A stretch of 64,000 nucleotides of DNA from a virus. Its lineage: Duplodnaviria; Heunggongvirae; Uroviricota; Caudoviricetes. Shown in pieces: positions 21,609 through 32,300 of this stretch. The stretch lies in IMG/VR virus record IMGVR_UViG_3300028832_000003, positions 64,001 through 128,000 of that record; one strand, given 5' to 3'. Position 1 is the first letter of the stretch. Each line of letters opens with the position of its first letter. The notes under the pieces are model-generated. The model saw nothing but the letters and a program-made list of their open reading frames with translations. It was not told the DNA's origin and searched no databases. The position numbers and the translations under genes are program-made.

Positions 21609-22175
21609 TTACACCTCTTCAATATATGAATTATGGATGTAACCACGGTCACGAATAAGTTTGTGAAGTTGCTTTTCCAATGAATCTAATCTTCCAATCA
21701 TGTCTTTATGACCATCCAAGATTTTCTTTTCTTCCTTGCCACCGATCATTGGAGCAGTGTAAAGAACTGAATCAACCTTTGGTCTGAGCCACTCAATTAC
21801 CATGCCTGTAGTGAATAACTGAATGACATACTCGTTGTCGGAGTATTCATCATTCGCATTCTTTAATTCATATTCAATCGTATCTTCCGTAAATTCTTCT
21901 TCGTCTTCCTGTTCATCTTCAGATGACTCGTCGGTCTGCGGTGGTTGAACTGGTTCCGTCTCGTCAGTTTCGTCATCTGGCGGTGTCGGAGGTTCCGGCT
22001 CAATCTCGTGCAGTACGAGAGTAGTAAACACATTCGAAATTCTTGGATTACCAATAACATTGTGCAAGCGTTCTTTGTATAATGCCATTAAATCTTCTTC
22101 TGATAACAAGAGTTCTTTTGGATCATTGATGCGACCGAGAACTCTTGAAAAAATAGTAGAATAGGAGAGTAGCAT
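21609..22175 (-). CDS. Putative head-tail adaptor with acidic/Pro-rich insertion
   Basis: 188-aa ORF, GGAGG RBS; function inferred from position. Confidence 0.6.
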   Translation of the reverse strand: MLLSYSTIFSRVLGRINDPKELLLSEEDLMALYKERLHNVIGNPRISNVFTTLVLHEIEPEPPTPPDDETDETEPVQPPQTDESSEDEQEDEEEFTEDTIEYELKNANDEYSDNEYVIQLFTTGMVIEWLRPKVDSVLYTAPMIGGKEEKKILDGHKDMIGRLDSLEKQLHKLIRDRGYIHNSYIEEV

Positions 22176-22190
22176 GTCGCACCTCCATCA

Positions 22191-22745
22191 TTAAAGCATG
22201 GATGACAAATCTGTCTTACAAATTTCATCAATAAACTTAATCTTCTGAATAGAATCGAAAGTTCCATTCTCCATCTGTGTGCCAACTTCAACAACCATTG
22301 CTTTCTTCAGACCCTCTGGAAGAGTAGGAAAGACTGACTTAAACTTGGCTAAAGGCATATCAATAAGTTCTTGAATGTCATCAAAATAAATCTTATCATA
22401 TATAGCTTTTACCTCAGCCCACTTCGGATCTTCAAGAAGTTCTTCATCAAGAATGAAAAACATCGTCTTGAATATAAAATCAGACTTTTTTGCTCTTAAC
22501 CCAAGCAAGTCTTGATATTCTACCTCTGTGATATCACCAAAATCAGACCACTTATAAATCTCTCCAGTTTTATTACCAATATAAATCAATTCACCTCTAG
22601 TCATCGATTTACATGGAATTAAATCATCTCCAGAATACTGCTTAATCTTTTTAGGTTGTTCTTTAACAACAGGCGTTTTTTCAACCTTCTTTTCCTGAAC
22701 AGTTTTCTTTGTAGCATTATCATCCGTTTTCTTAATATATGCCAT
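22191..22745 (-). CDS. Hypothetical protein downstream of capsid
   Basis: 184-aa ORF with AAAGGA RBS. Confidence 0.7.
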   Translation of the reverse strand: MAYIKKTDDNATKKTVQEKKVEKTPVVKEQPKKIKQYSGDDLIPCKSMTRGELIYIGNKTGEIYKWSDFGDITEVEYQDLLGLRAKKSDFIFKTMFFILDEELLEDPKWAEVKAIYDKIYFDDIQELIDMPLAKFKSVFPTLPEGLKKAMVVEVGTQMENGTFDSIQKIKFIDEICKTDLSSML

Positions 22746-22808
22746 TTTCCTTTACACTCCTTTTAAATAATAGGGGTGTATAATACACCCCTAGCAAAAA
22801 AACACAGA

Positions 22809-23888
22809 TTAGTTCGTAGTGAACGTATAAGCACCAAACTTACGATTAATAATCGTAGCAACGCCAAGTTTCTGCTGATACTCGTATTCAATGGTCTTAT
22901 CCATATTGGTGTTACCATCGGAAATCTCCTTAATCTGAGCATCACCCTCGTCATAAATCTTAATGAACTTATTATCGGCCATAGGCATAACAAGAAGTAC
23001 ATTATTTGCTACAAGCTTAGTAGTAGTATCATTTGGTGCAAAGGACTGAGGAATCTCAACAAGTCTGATACCTTCCCAGATACCAAGCTTACCAGTAGTA
23101 TTTCTCTCGTCCTTCATGTTACCGGAATACCAAGTAACAGGAGTAAGATCTGCAACCTTAGAAAGAGCAGTCTTAGTACCCATAATAACAGCTTCTACGC
23201 CGTTAGCGGTCTGTACATCCTCAACAAGAGTAACAAGTGTTGCTTTGTCAAGGCTACCAGACTTATTGAACTGTGCAGAAGGAGTAACGCTTGCAGGTGC
23301 CGCCATAACAGCCGCATATACCATGTCGTTAATCTTCTTATCAAATGCTTCATAAATCTTCTGTACAAAACCAGCCCAATCAACATGACCAGCCATGAAC
23401 AGCTCGTACTCTGCATAGATTTTAGCACCGTACCAGGAAGTCTTTACCGAGAAAGTACTTCCAGCACCAAGTCTCTGACGGAACAAATCATGATGATTTC
23501 CAGAGAGTTCAGCAACCGTCAAAATACTCTTATCGGGTACATAGAACTCGTTTGTATCACCAATAGCCATAGACTTAATCTCTACATACTCATTGAAGAA
23601 AGGATTCTGTCCCCAACCAGAAACAAGCAAGTCCTGAATAGTCTCTTCAATTACTTCGAATACGTCTACCTTGTGTCTGCGAATAGCCTTACGAAGTTCC
23701 TGCTTGGAACACTTCTCATCAACGCCAAGAATCTGGAACATTACTTCACGAATCTTAGCATTGGCATCTTCCTTAGACACTTCCTGCTTACCAAGAGCAG
23801 TATCAAACATCAGATTATGAAACTCATTATAATCCTTTTCTGCAAATACATTTCTGGTATCTGCATTGCTAAATGTAATCTTCTTCAT
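22809..23888 (-). CDS. Major capsid protein (SPbeta-like)
   Basis: About 360 aa, high-expression codons, follows scaffold and decoration genes, hairpin terminator downstream. Confidence 0.8.
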   Translation of the reverse strand: MKKITFSNADTRNVFAEKDYNEFHNLMFDTALGKQEVSKEDANAKIREVMFQILGVDEKCSKQELRKAIRRHKVDVFEVIEETIQDLLVSGWGQNPFFNEYVEIKSMAIGDTNEFYVPDKSILTVAELSGNHHDLFRQRLGAGSTFSVKTSWYGAKIYAEYELFMAGHVDWAGFVQKIYEAFDKKINDMVYAAVMAAPASVTPSAQFNKSGSLDKATLVTLVEDVQTANGVEAVIMGTKTALSKVADLTPVTWYSGNMKDERNTTGKLGIWEGIRLVEIPQSFAPNDTTTKLVANNVLLVMPMADNKFIKIYDEGDAQIKEISDGNTNMDKTIEYEYQQKLGVATIINRKFGAYTFTTN

Positions 23889-23915
23889 TTTAATCAATCC
23901 TCCTTTCTTCTATAA

Positions 23916-24398
23916 TTAAGATGCAATTGCCAGTTTCTTAGAAGAAACGGATACAGCCTTACCAATAGAAGACGACGTAGGAGTCGTGGTAAAGCACTCA
24001 GCGGATACACTAAATACGTCCCCAGGAACCAACTGATATACACGAAGAATATCATCCTTCAAATTGAAGAAGTTAGATTCATCCTGCATGCGAGTCGTAT
24101 ATTCCTCGTAGATAAGAGGTACGGACAGAACCAAACCGTCAGTGTCTGCAGCGGCGGTCACAAGAACCCTCCACATACCATTAGCAGCCTGCTCAATAAT
24201 CTTTCCAGCAAAAGTATTGGACGCAGCGGCCTCAGCATAAACTTCAGGTCTAACATAATCGCCACGAGCAACAATTGCGCCATTGTCAATATTAGCAGCG
24301 GCTTGAATATTCCAAATATTTCCTACGATAGTAGCTTTAAGATTAGTACTCTCAGCAACGCCGTGCTTAGTACTAAAGTCCAAAAAACCAACAGCCAT
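23916..24398 (-). CDS. Putative capsid decoration/auxiliary protein
   Basis: 160 aa, IDNGAIV motif, immediately upstream of the capsid gene. Confidence 0.65.
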   Translation of the reverse strand: MAVGFLDFSTKHGVAESTNLKATIVGNIWNIQAAANIDNGAIVARGDYVRPEVYAEAAASNTFAGKIIEQAANGMWRVLVTAAADTDGLVLSVPLIYEEYTTRMQDESNFFNLKDDILRVYQLVPGDVFSVSAECFTTTPTSSSIGKAVSVSSKKLAIAS

Positions 24399-24452
24399 TT
24401 GTTTTTCCTCCTTTTTATAAAAATAAAAAATATCTAAATAAAAAATAGAAGA

Positions 24453-25604
24453 TTATTCATCTTCTATTTTCCATTTGAAACCATATGCGGTTTTAAAGTC
24501 TCCATTTTTTATTCTGTATATATTTGAAATGCTTTTTAGATTTGATCTTGTTTTTAAATCATGACAACCATAATATTTATCAATTAAATCTCCATTTAAG
24601 CTATACTGATAAAAAATTGGAGTACTTTTATAGTTACTGTCTTTTACAATAGTTTTTGGCTTAAAATCAAAATCCAATGGTAAATCTTTATATAAGACAA
24701 AATGTTTTCCGTTTGCAACATATCCATGTTTATATGATTGTGTTATTGCAGACACATGAACACCATAATAAGATGATGCATCTTTTATAGAATTAAATGT
24801 CATTGCATCCTCATAACAATATACTTTTTTATTGTGATAGTATGACCTATACTGAGAAGAATCTTCTAGCCCATCATACGATTTTTTGTATATTGTTTCT
24901 TTTTCAATATGTCCCAATTTCATAGCATTTCTTAAATATGAAATTACGGTACTCTGCGAAACATCTAGTTTTTGTGCTATTTCATATGCATGTTTTGTTT
25001 CATTCTTATAACACTCTATTACATCATGATATTTTGATTTCACGGCCATCTCGTTACATAATACCCAATCGATTTTTGATAAATCAAAAATATTACCGAT
25101 AGATTTAATTATTGAATTTTTAATATAATCAAATCTGTCTCCGTAATAGCAACAATCAATTCTGATTAAAACAAAACCATTGTCAACCGCAAGACTGTCT
25201 TTGATTTTATCATTGTCTTTGTTTTTGCAAATTATTCTATGTCCATGTCCTAACCCACCATCTGTTTCAATTAAATATTTTTTTGAATTATAAACAAGAC
25301 AAAAATCATATCTATATTTATCAATTCTATATTGTCTTATAAATTTTACAGATAGTTGTTTTAAAACATTTGCGAAAAATTTTTCTGGGTATGAAAATCC
25401 ATCATTGCAGTAAGGACATAAGACATGCTCAGCTTTTGTAAAACTTGCAATAATTGTTTTACAAATACTATTGCAACATGGACAAATTAAATCAACTTTT
25501 TTACTTGAATAAATACCATACTTATATGCATCATCTTTGTTTTTAAAATATTTAATCAAATGTGGTTTTTCATTTGCTATTATTTTTTTTACTCCGATTG
25601 ACAT
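24453..25604 (-). CDS. Free-standing putative homing endonuclease (Zn ribbon + PD-(D/E)xK-like + HTH/NUMOD-like repeats)
   Basis: CPCC..CPYC, SYPEK, RYDF...LIETDGGLGH, D.IKD, F.SI..A, GFKW; very AT-rich. Confidence 0.7.
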   Translation of the reverse strand: MSIGVKKIIANEKPHLIKYFKNKDDAYKYGIYSSKKVDLICPCCNSICKTIIASFTKAEHVLCPYCNDGFSYPEKFFANVLKQLSVKFIRQYRIDKYRYDFCLVYNSKKYLIETDGGLGHGHRIICKNKDNDKIKDSLAVDNGFVLIRIDCCYYGDRFDYIKNSIIKSIGNIFDLSKIDWVLCNEMAVKSKYHDVIECYKNETKHAYEIAQKLDVSQSTVISYLRNAMKLGHIEKETIYKKSYDGLEDSSQYRSYYHNKKVYCYEDAMTFNSIKDASSYYGVHVSAITQSYKHGYVANGKHFVLYKDLPLDFDFKPKTIVKDSNYKSTPIFYQYSLNGDLIDKYYGCHDLKTRSNLKSISNIYRIKNGDFKTAYGFKWKIEDE

Positions 25605-25714
25605 AAACCCTCCAAAACATTTAAAAGAAAATAAGTGTGGTATATTACCACACTTATTAATTCTCCTTTTTTAGATTGGTTGGTAATTATCCAACAAAAT
25701 CCACATAATCATAA

Positions 25715-27526
25715 TTAATCGAAAAGATTTCCGTAAGGTTTCTTTTCTTCAGCATCCTTAGTTGTTGCATTCACTTTTATTGAAGAAACTTTCTTTTCTG
25801 TATTCTTTGCAGTAAAAGAAAATTTCTTACTAATCTTTACAAGTTTTCCAAGAGCTGCATCAGCCTTTTCTGCTAACTCCTCTTTAGAATATTGATCAAC
25901 AAATTCCTTCTTCATAATATTTTTAAACTCGTCAGTATCAAGATAATCAGAATAAGATGCATCATCAAATACAGTCATTTTGTCAGCATACGATTCTGCA
26001 TACTTATATCTTTCGAGTTCTTCTTTAATTGAAGAATAATTTGTTCTCATCTCGTCAAGAGATTTCATTTCGTCATCGGTAACATATTCTACATATACCG
26101 GAACTCTGTCTCCAGTTAATGTGAATATTCCATCAGACTCGGAATATGATTGCTTATAATACTTATCATTCCATATATCTGCCATAATAACATAATTATC
26201 ATATGCGATTACAAAATAATAAGTATTGTCAACATCAGAATATGTCGCATTCACAAGATCAGAAACAGCATAAAGCTTATCATTAATAGACATTGAGAAT
26301 TCAATCTTACCATCATTAATATTAAACTTTCTTGCTTTTTCTTGCTCGTCATCATCGATTACAGTTGGCTCGTCTTGAGTTCCTTGTCCTTCATCAGAAC
26401 CAGAACCACTGCCTTGCTGACCTCCAGTTCCAGATCCTTGTTCAGAACCTGTACCACTGCCTTGCTCCTGTGTGTCAGTTGTTCCACCACCTTGCTCAGT
26501 TCCAGAACCTTGTTCTGCACCAGACCCTTGTTCTTGAGTACCAGTTGTTCCACCACCTTGCTCTTGAGTACCATTTCCTTCAGTTGGAGTTTCCGTAGTA
26601 GTATTCTCTGTTTGAGCATTTGGATCTTCCTGGTTCCCATTTTCATTGCCTGGGTCTTCGTTTTCCTCTTCAGACCCATCAAATTCCAAGACCTCTTCAA
26701 CTTGATTTTCAGCTTTAGTCTTTTTCATATTCTCCAGATTTCCTCCTTCCCTCGAAAAATGTATATCTGAGCAAGCAGACTTAAGTTCGTCAAGTCTTGC
26801 CTGTAGCTCACTAATTTTTGAAAACATACTGTTGTTATCAATGCTAAAATCTTCAAGGGTTAATTTACTTCCAAGCATGCCCTCACCTATTGGTGTCCCA
26901 TCTTTTTCAGAACCTAATAAAGTACATCCTAAAAATTCAAAATCGTCTATAATAAGATATTTATTCTTTGCATCATAAGAACATGAGTTGACTGAGATTT
27001 CACAACTAACCTTTGTTTCGCCTTTTGACTGTATGATTTCTGCCGTTCTTGTGTACTCAATCGGAATTGCAACTTTTGCAATTACATATGTTTTGTCCAT
27101 GTCGGCATCATATTCTAAAAATGGTTCATCATTAGTAAACGTTCCAACCTGATGCTCATCATAAACGATTTCTTCTTCTCCATCTGAATTCTCTTCAACA
27201 TGAAAATCGTGCGAATGAAAATCCCATGATCCATCATCTAATTGATGAATTGATGCAAGAAGAGGATCATATTTTAATGATGGCATAGCAGCCTTCATTG
27301 ATTCTTCAGGAATGTAACTTCCATTTCTGTTAAGAAGTGTATGGCATACTTTTACTTTGGCAAATAATTTATTGTTTTCTTCCGCAACTTCAAACTTCGA
27401 GGAAAAGTCTTGTACGGATTTTACAATTATTTTTTTGCCAGTCTCTTTTGAAGAAAAATTGTAAATTTTATGAGAATCAAAGAAACTCACCAAATCTTCA
27501 ATAGTTAAAAAAGATTTATTTCCCAT
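25715..27526 (-). CDS. Prohead protease/scaffold fusion
   Basis: N-terminal LNRNGSYI...HSH...SCEI...GCTLLG domain, low-complexity linker, acidic coiled-coil C-terminus; lies between portal and capsid. Confidence 0.75.
   Translation of the reverse strand: MGNKSFLTIEDLVSFFDSHKIYNFSSKETGKKIIVKSVQDFSSKFEVAEENNKLFAKVKVCHTLLNRNGSYIPEESMKAAMPSLKYDPLLASIHQLDDGSWDFHSHDFHVEENSDGEEEIVYDEHQVGTFTNDEPFLEYDADMDKTYVIAKVAIPIEYTRTAEIIQSKGETKVSCEISVNSCSYDAKNKYLIIDDFEFLGCTLLGSEKDGTPIGEGMLGSKLTLEDFSIDNNSMFSKISELQARLDELKSACSDIHFSREGGNLENMKKTKAENQVEEVLEFDGSEEENEDPGNENGNQEDPNAQTENTTTETPTEGNGTQEQGGGTTGTQEQGSGAEQGSGTEQGGGTTDTQEQGSGTGSEQGSGTGGQQGSGSGSDEGQGTQDEPTVIDDDEQEKARKFNINDGKIEFSMSINDKLYAVSDLVNATYSDVDNTYYFVIAYDNYVIMADIWNDKYYKQSYSESDGIFTLTGDRVPVYVEYVTDDEMKSLDEMRTNYSSIKEELERYKYAESYADKMTVFDDASYSDYLDTDEFKNIMKKEFVDQYSKEELAEKADAALGKLVKISKKFSFTAKNTEKKVSSIKVNATTKDAEEKKPYGNLFD
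26375..26580 (-). repeat. Imperfect coding tandem repeats (EQG(S/G)G units)
   Basis: QEQGGGTTGTQEQGSGAEQGSGTEQGGGTTDTQEQGSGTGSEQGSGTGGQQGSG. Confidence 0.8.
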
Positions 27527-27579
27527 TGTTCCCTCCTTTCTTCAAAAATTTTAATATTTATAAAATGACTAATTGCCAT

Positions 27580-27759
27580 TTATAAACAAAGCATATTAGT
27601 ATAATGAATTTTTGACATATCAATGTCTTTTGAAAACTTTAAAGACTTATCATTTATAAAAGTATAAAATCCATTTGTATCATCAATCAACTTAAAACCA
27701 AGCGATTTTAATATTTCAGATACTTTTATATCTTGCGTTCGGATAAAGTTATATTTCAT
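27580..27759 (-). CDS. Small hypothetical protein (59 aa; not in ORF track)
   Basis: GGAAGGTGA RBS, MKYNFIRTQD...TNMLCL*. Confidence 0.65.
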   Translation of the reverse strand: MKYNFIRTQDIKVSEILKSLGFKLIDDTNGFYTFINDKSLKFSKDIDMSKIHYTNMLCL

Positions 27760-27772
27760 TTAATCACCTTCC

Positions 27773-29305
27773 TTATCCATTAGAACGATCGCGTTTATCC
27801 CTGCTAGATTCACCATCATCGGTTAATTCGGTATCGCTTTTAGTCTGTCCACCACCTTCATTATTAGAAGTTGTGTGACTTGAATTTAATGGAATAAATG
27901 TTTCATGAATATTTAAAACGTCGTTTTGTAAGAAATTCATACTAAGAGTTTCTAATTCGTTATATCCATTAAGAGTATTAATTGCTAATGCATTCGGTAT
28001 ACCAAATTGTGCCTCTTTAAGCATTTGCTCTTTAAGTTCATCTTTTGTGTATGTAGATGTCTCAAGCATTTTTATTTTTGCAGGATTTTTAACATGATAA
28101 CTTAAAAATCTATTTAAATATCCTTCTGTTTGTGGAAGTAAAGATGCCTGCCCATATCTCTCATCAAACCTAATTGCACCCTTCCATGCGGTTGTTCCGG
28201 AAATTGTAGCACTGTTAAGTAATTGCGCTCCACCAGAAGTATTTAATACAGTTTTTGTTGCATTCTCAACTTTATTAACATCGGTAGCTTGATCATGATC
28301 AAAAGTGATTGTATCAAGAGGAACTGGAGTAAGTGCAGAACCAATATAATCTGGAAGACTGCTTTCTAACTTTTGATAGTATTTTAATGCAGTATTAATA
28401 TCTACTGCCCAATCATCTGGATTTTCAGACCCATTAATAAGAGGAATGGTAGCAGTAATTAATTTATATATTTGCTGCTCATCCGCAACACTTTGAATAT
28501 CTTCAAGGTCTGCCAAAGATATGAGAGCATTAAACAAACCAACAAAAATAGGTAATGGAATTAACAAGTCGTCAACATTAATCTTGAAACAAACACAATA
28601 TTCATCTGGCATTTGAATCCATCTATTTGTAGTCGTGTCCTTTTGATATTCTTTATACATAGAAGCAAAAGGCTCTCCAATCCAATCTATCATGTCTTTA
28701 TTCTTATCGAAGTATGTCATATCTAACGCATATGCTAAATCTCCAGTATAATAAGCACCAGTTACTTTGCAATAATCTGGATCCATAGGCATAATAAAAT
28801 ACCCAGTCTCGTCATACCATGCAGTGCCGAAGAAAGCATCTTCTCTCCATGAAATAATATATGCTTTTAACATTTCTGTTTTTAAGTTCATATTATTTAT
28901 CACGGATAGGGTTTCATAATAACTTTTAAGAACTTTCTTTTTATCTCCACCTTTTACCAAATCAACAATTGGTATTACGGACTTTGCATTTGTATCAATC
29001 ATTGTGCCAAAATACCATATTAATCTTCTGTAAACATAACTTCTTAAATATAAGTATCTACTAAGATTTCTTAAGTTCTTATAATTGGTAAGAGGATTTT
29101 TCATATATTGACGAAGTTTTTCTTTATCGAATATGCTATATGTCCTAGATACCGTTTTTGAAGGGTCTGATAATTGCAAAATTGCATCAGTAGACTTTTT
29201 GAAAAGTTCTATTGATTTTTCATTTTTTTCATACCACTCCCTTATTTCAGCAGCCGTTTTCTGCTTAGTGGGTGCATTACCTGCACCAGTTTTAGATTGC
29301 GCCAT
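27773..29305 (-). CDS. Portal protein
   Basis: 510 aa between terminase and protease; LRNLSRYLY, PMDPDYC. Confidence 0.8.
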   Translation of the reverse strand: MAQSKTGAGNAPTKQKTAAEIREWYEKNEKSIELFKKSTDAILQLSDPSKTVSRTYSIFDKEKLRQYMKNPLTNYKNLRNLSRYLYLRSYVYRRLIWYFGTMIDTNAKSVIPIVDLVKGGDKKKVLKSYYETLSVINNMNLKTEMLKAYIISWREDAFFGTAWYDETGYFIMPMDPDYCKVTGAYYTGDLAYALDMTYFDKNKDMIDWIGEPFASMYKEYQKDTTTNRWIQMPDEYCVCFKINVDDLLIPLPIFVGLFNALISLADLEDIQSVADEQQIYKLITATIPLINGSENPDDWAVDINTALKYYQKLESSLPDYIGSALTPVPLDTITFDHDQATDVNKVENATKTVLNTSGGAQLLNSATISGTTAWKGAIRFDERYGQASLLPQTEGYLNRFLSYHVKNPAKIKMLETSTYTKDELKEQMLKEAQFGIPNALAINTLNGYNELETLSMNFLQNDVLNIHETFIPLNSSHTTSNNEGGGQTKSDTELTDDGESSRDKRDRSNG

Positions 29306-29320
29306 AAGTAAGCACCCCCT

Positions 29321-32300
29321 TTATCCAAACATAGAAAATCGCTTGCACTGTTTAATTGGCAAGCGATTAATTAAATCATTTTTCTCCGTATATTTCCTTT
29401 TTTTGCTAATCCTAATCTGATCAACAACATAAAGATTATATTCCAAGCTACTGTATCTATCCTTCCTCATACCAGACTTTTCTTTAACCTTAATTAATCC
29501 ATTGGAAATTTCGTGGTCAAGGTTTATAAGTTCATCAATTAAGAACGTAGTCTGATAATGTGGTAACGACAACATAGCCTTTTGTCTGTCCGTTAATTTA
29601 TTATAATTCTTAATCTTCGTAGACCATTTGTCTTCCATGTCCGTTTCTGATGCAAGAAGATTGATATATCCATTCTGAAATGCTGCTCTAAGAGATAAAC
29701 ACATGTCATTATTTTGTTTACCATTTGGTTTTATAATATAAAGACATTTAGTTGTATCTTTAGATTTACAACGTTCGTTCATTTCAGGATTATTAATTGA
29801 ACTCATTGCTTTATACATTTGACCATATACTGGATCAAATCTGTCTTGAACCATAATGAAATCGGCAACTCCCTGACCTATCATCGTTGTTATCTTACAA
29901 GCTTTTTATCTTGTAATTCTAATAGTTTATTATTCCTATTAGTTCAGCATATTTTTTTATCTTTATTAAAACACTTAATAAACCAAAACAGTTGTATATT
30001 TGTATTGTTGCGTTTTCCATACCTTTGATGAAATTTTATATGACAATTTTGACACAAAGTTATACCATTGTGAACATCATACCTTAGTGCTAGATTATCT
30101 TTCCAATTAAACATATGATGTGCTTCTAATCTAACAAACTTACCATTTCCGTTTCTTGCACCGCAACATTTACAGGTATATCTATCTTTTAAAAACACAG
30201 CTTTTCTCCAGTCTCGATATTCTGGCAATTCTCTGCCGTCACGAATTGTTGTGGCAAAATCACCCTTCCATTTTGGATTATTTTTACCGCGCATTGACTC
30301 TCTAAACATTTTTGTTTGAGAATAATTTTCGCAACCATATTTTTCTATACATGTATTTTTATATTTATCTCTGCATTCTTTTATTTGTGAATTTGAAGTT
30401 ACTCCAAAATTATCAATATAATATTGCTTAATTTTATTTTGTATTTCTTTATTTCCAAATGGATTTTCACAACCATATTTTTCAATATTTGTTTGTTTTA
30501 TTTTTTCATCTACGCCTGGTATCCTTCTTGTAAAATCAACACCATATAGCATTTTAACAGATTCTTGTGCCTTAATAGTTGTACATTCTTTTTTGCCACA
30601 ACAGTCTTTATTATTTGTCTTCTTTTTTAATTTTAAGTATGAACGCCAAATAATATCAAAATCATTACCACAATATTCACATTTACACACGACTTTGGCT
30701 GTACTTCCGTTTGTTAAATCCTCGACTTTAACTTCAAATTCATCTCCAATATGAGTATATTGATATCCAAGATTAATATAATGTTTACATACTTTTGAAT
30801 TCCACTTTAATATAACTGTTTTTGTTAATAACATATTTGTTCTCCTTTCTCACAAAAATAGTGCTAGGGGAAATATACATACCCCTAGCACAAGAATAGG
30901 AAAACTTTTATCCTTTAGCAGTTAACACAATTTGTTAACCGGTGTTTTAATACAGATAGTGCGACCTCTTGGAAAGATTATATTCTACATATAATATATT
31001 CTCTATTTTATGTAGTTTCACTTTCTATGCGTTGCCCCTGACTAGTCTTTTAAAAATAGCCTTCGGTTCGAATTCGCATCTCAGCGTCTTCGCTTTATTT
31101 CGCACAGTTTCAATTGCTATTTCTAGCAAAAGCGGCATAAGTCTACCGTTACAATCAATTGCAAAATAATCACAATCATATTGATAAAAATATCTCATTG
31201 CAAGAAGTCCTAATTCCTCTGTTACCATACCTTCAGCGGTTTCGACATATGATATATTACTTAAATAGTTTTCCTCATTTGTTTTAATACACTGGTTGAT
31301 AACAAAACAACTCGCATCGTTCTTGTTTTTTTTAGATGCCATAAGTGCAACATCCAACGAAAGTATTCTTATCTCATTTACTTGTTTCTTTGGAATTTGA
31401 GTTCCGGTTTCCCTATAATAATCAAGCGGTCGCAACCCATCTTGCAAAGTTCTGCGATCACTCAGAATATTATAATTAAACAATGCATCTTCATTTGAAC
31501 CATAAAAAATTCCTTCACGTTCCATCATAAACGTAATGTCAGAAAATGTTTCCTCTGACATTTCGTTCTCTATCTGTTCACGCATAAGAAGTCCTTCTGC
31601 TATTGATAATTCATATGGTAAATCACAAATGAAATATTTCTTCGTGTCATCAAGTGAATTTGCAACATAAGCCTTAACTTTGTCATACATTTCGCTTGCT
31701 TTATACCATGCGGAAGACATAAACATTTCTTTATTCATTTCCTGAAGATGTTTATATTCAGGTTTTCTTAAATATCCGGGTTGCCTAGGTGAAGCATTCA
31801 TTGGTCTAATAACTCTTTCAAAAAGTTTCTGAGGAATTAATCGGCATTCATCAACAATAACAATATTACTTCTACCACCCAAGCTTGTTTCTCCAGCAAC
31901 TCTTACTTGTATAAAAGAACCGTTTTTAAACCACACTCCACAGTCATTAAGACCAGTACTAGCCTTTTTGATTTCATTACATAAAATAGGAGAGTGTTGC
32001 ATAAAATCATCAGTTATTTTTAATACAACTTCCTTTCCTTGCTTAAATGTATAACTAAATGCCAATATTTTTGTCCCAGGATACAAAATACATCTGACTA
32101 CCGCGTACAAGGCCACTAAATAAGTTTTGCCAAGCGATTGTTATTATCTGTGAATTTTTTATTTCACACTCTGGAGATTCATTTATCTCATTTTCATCGA
32201 TCAGTTAATTCTGATCCAGTCTAGCATATATTTTCATCTTTTATAATAATTATATGAAGATGGAGTGGACTCTTGGAGATATTATATTTATTCAATCTCT

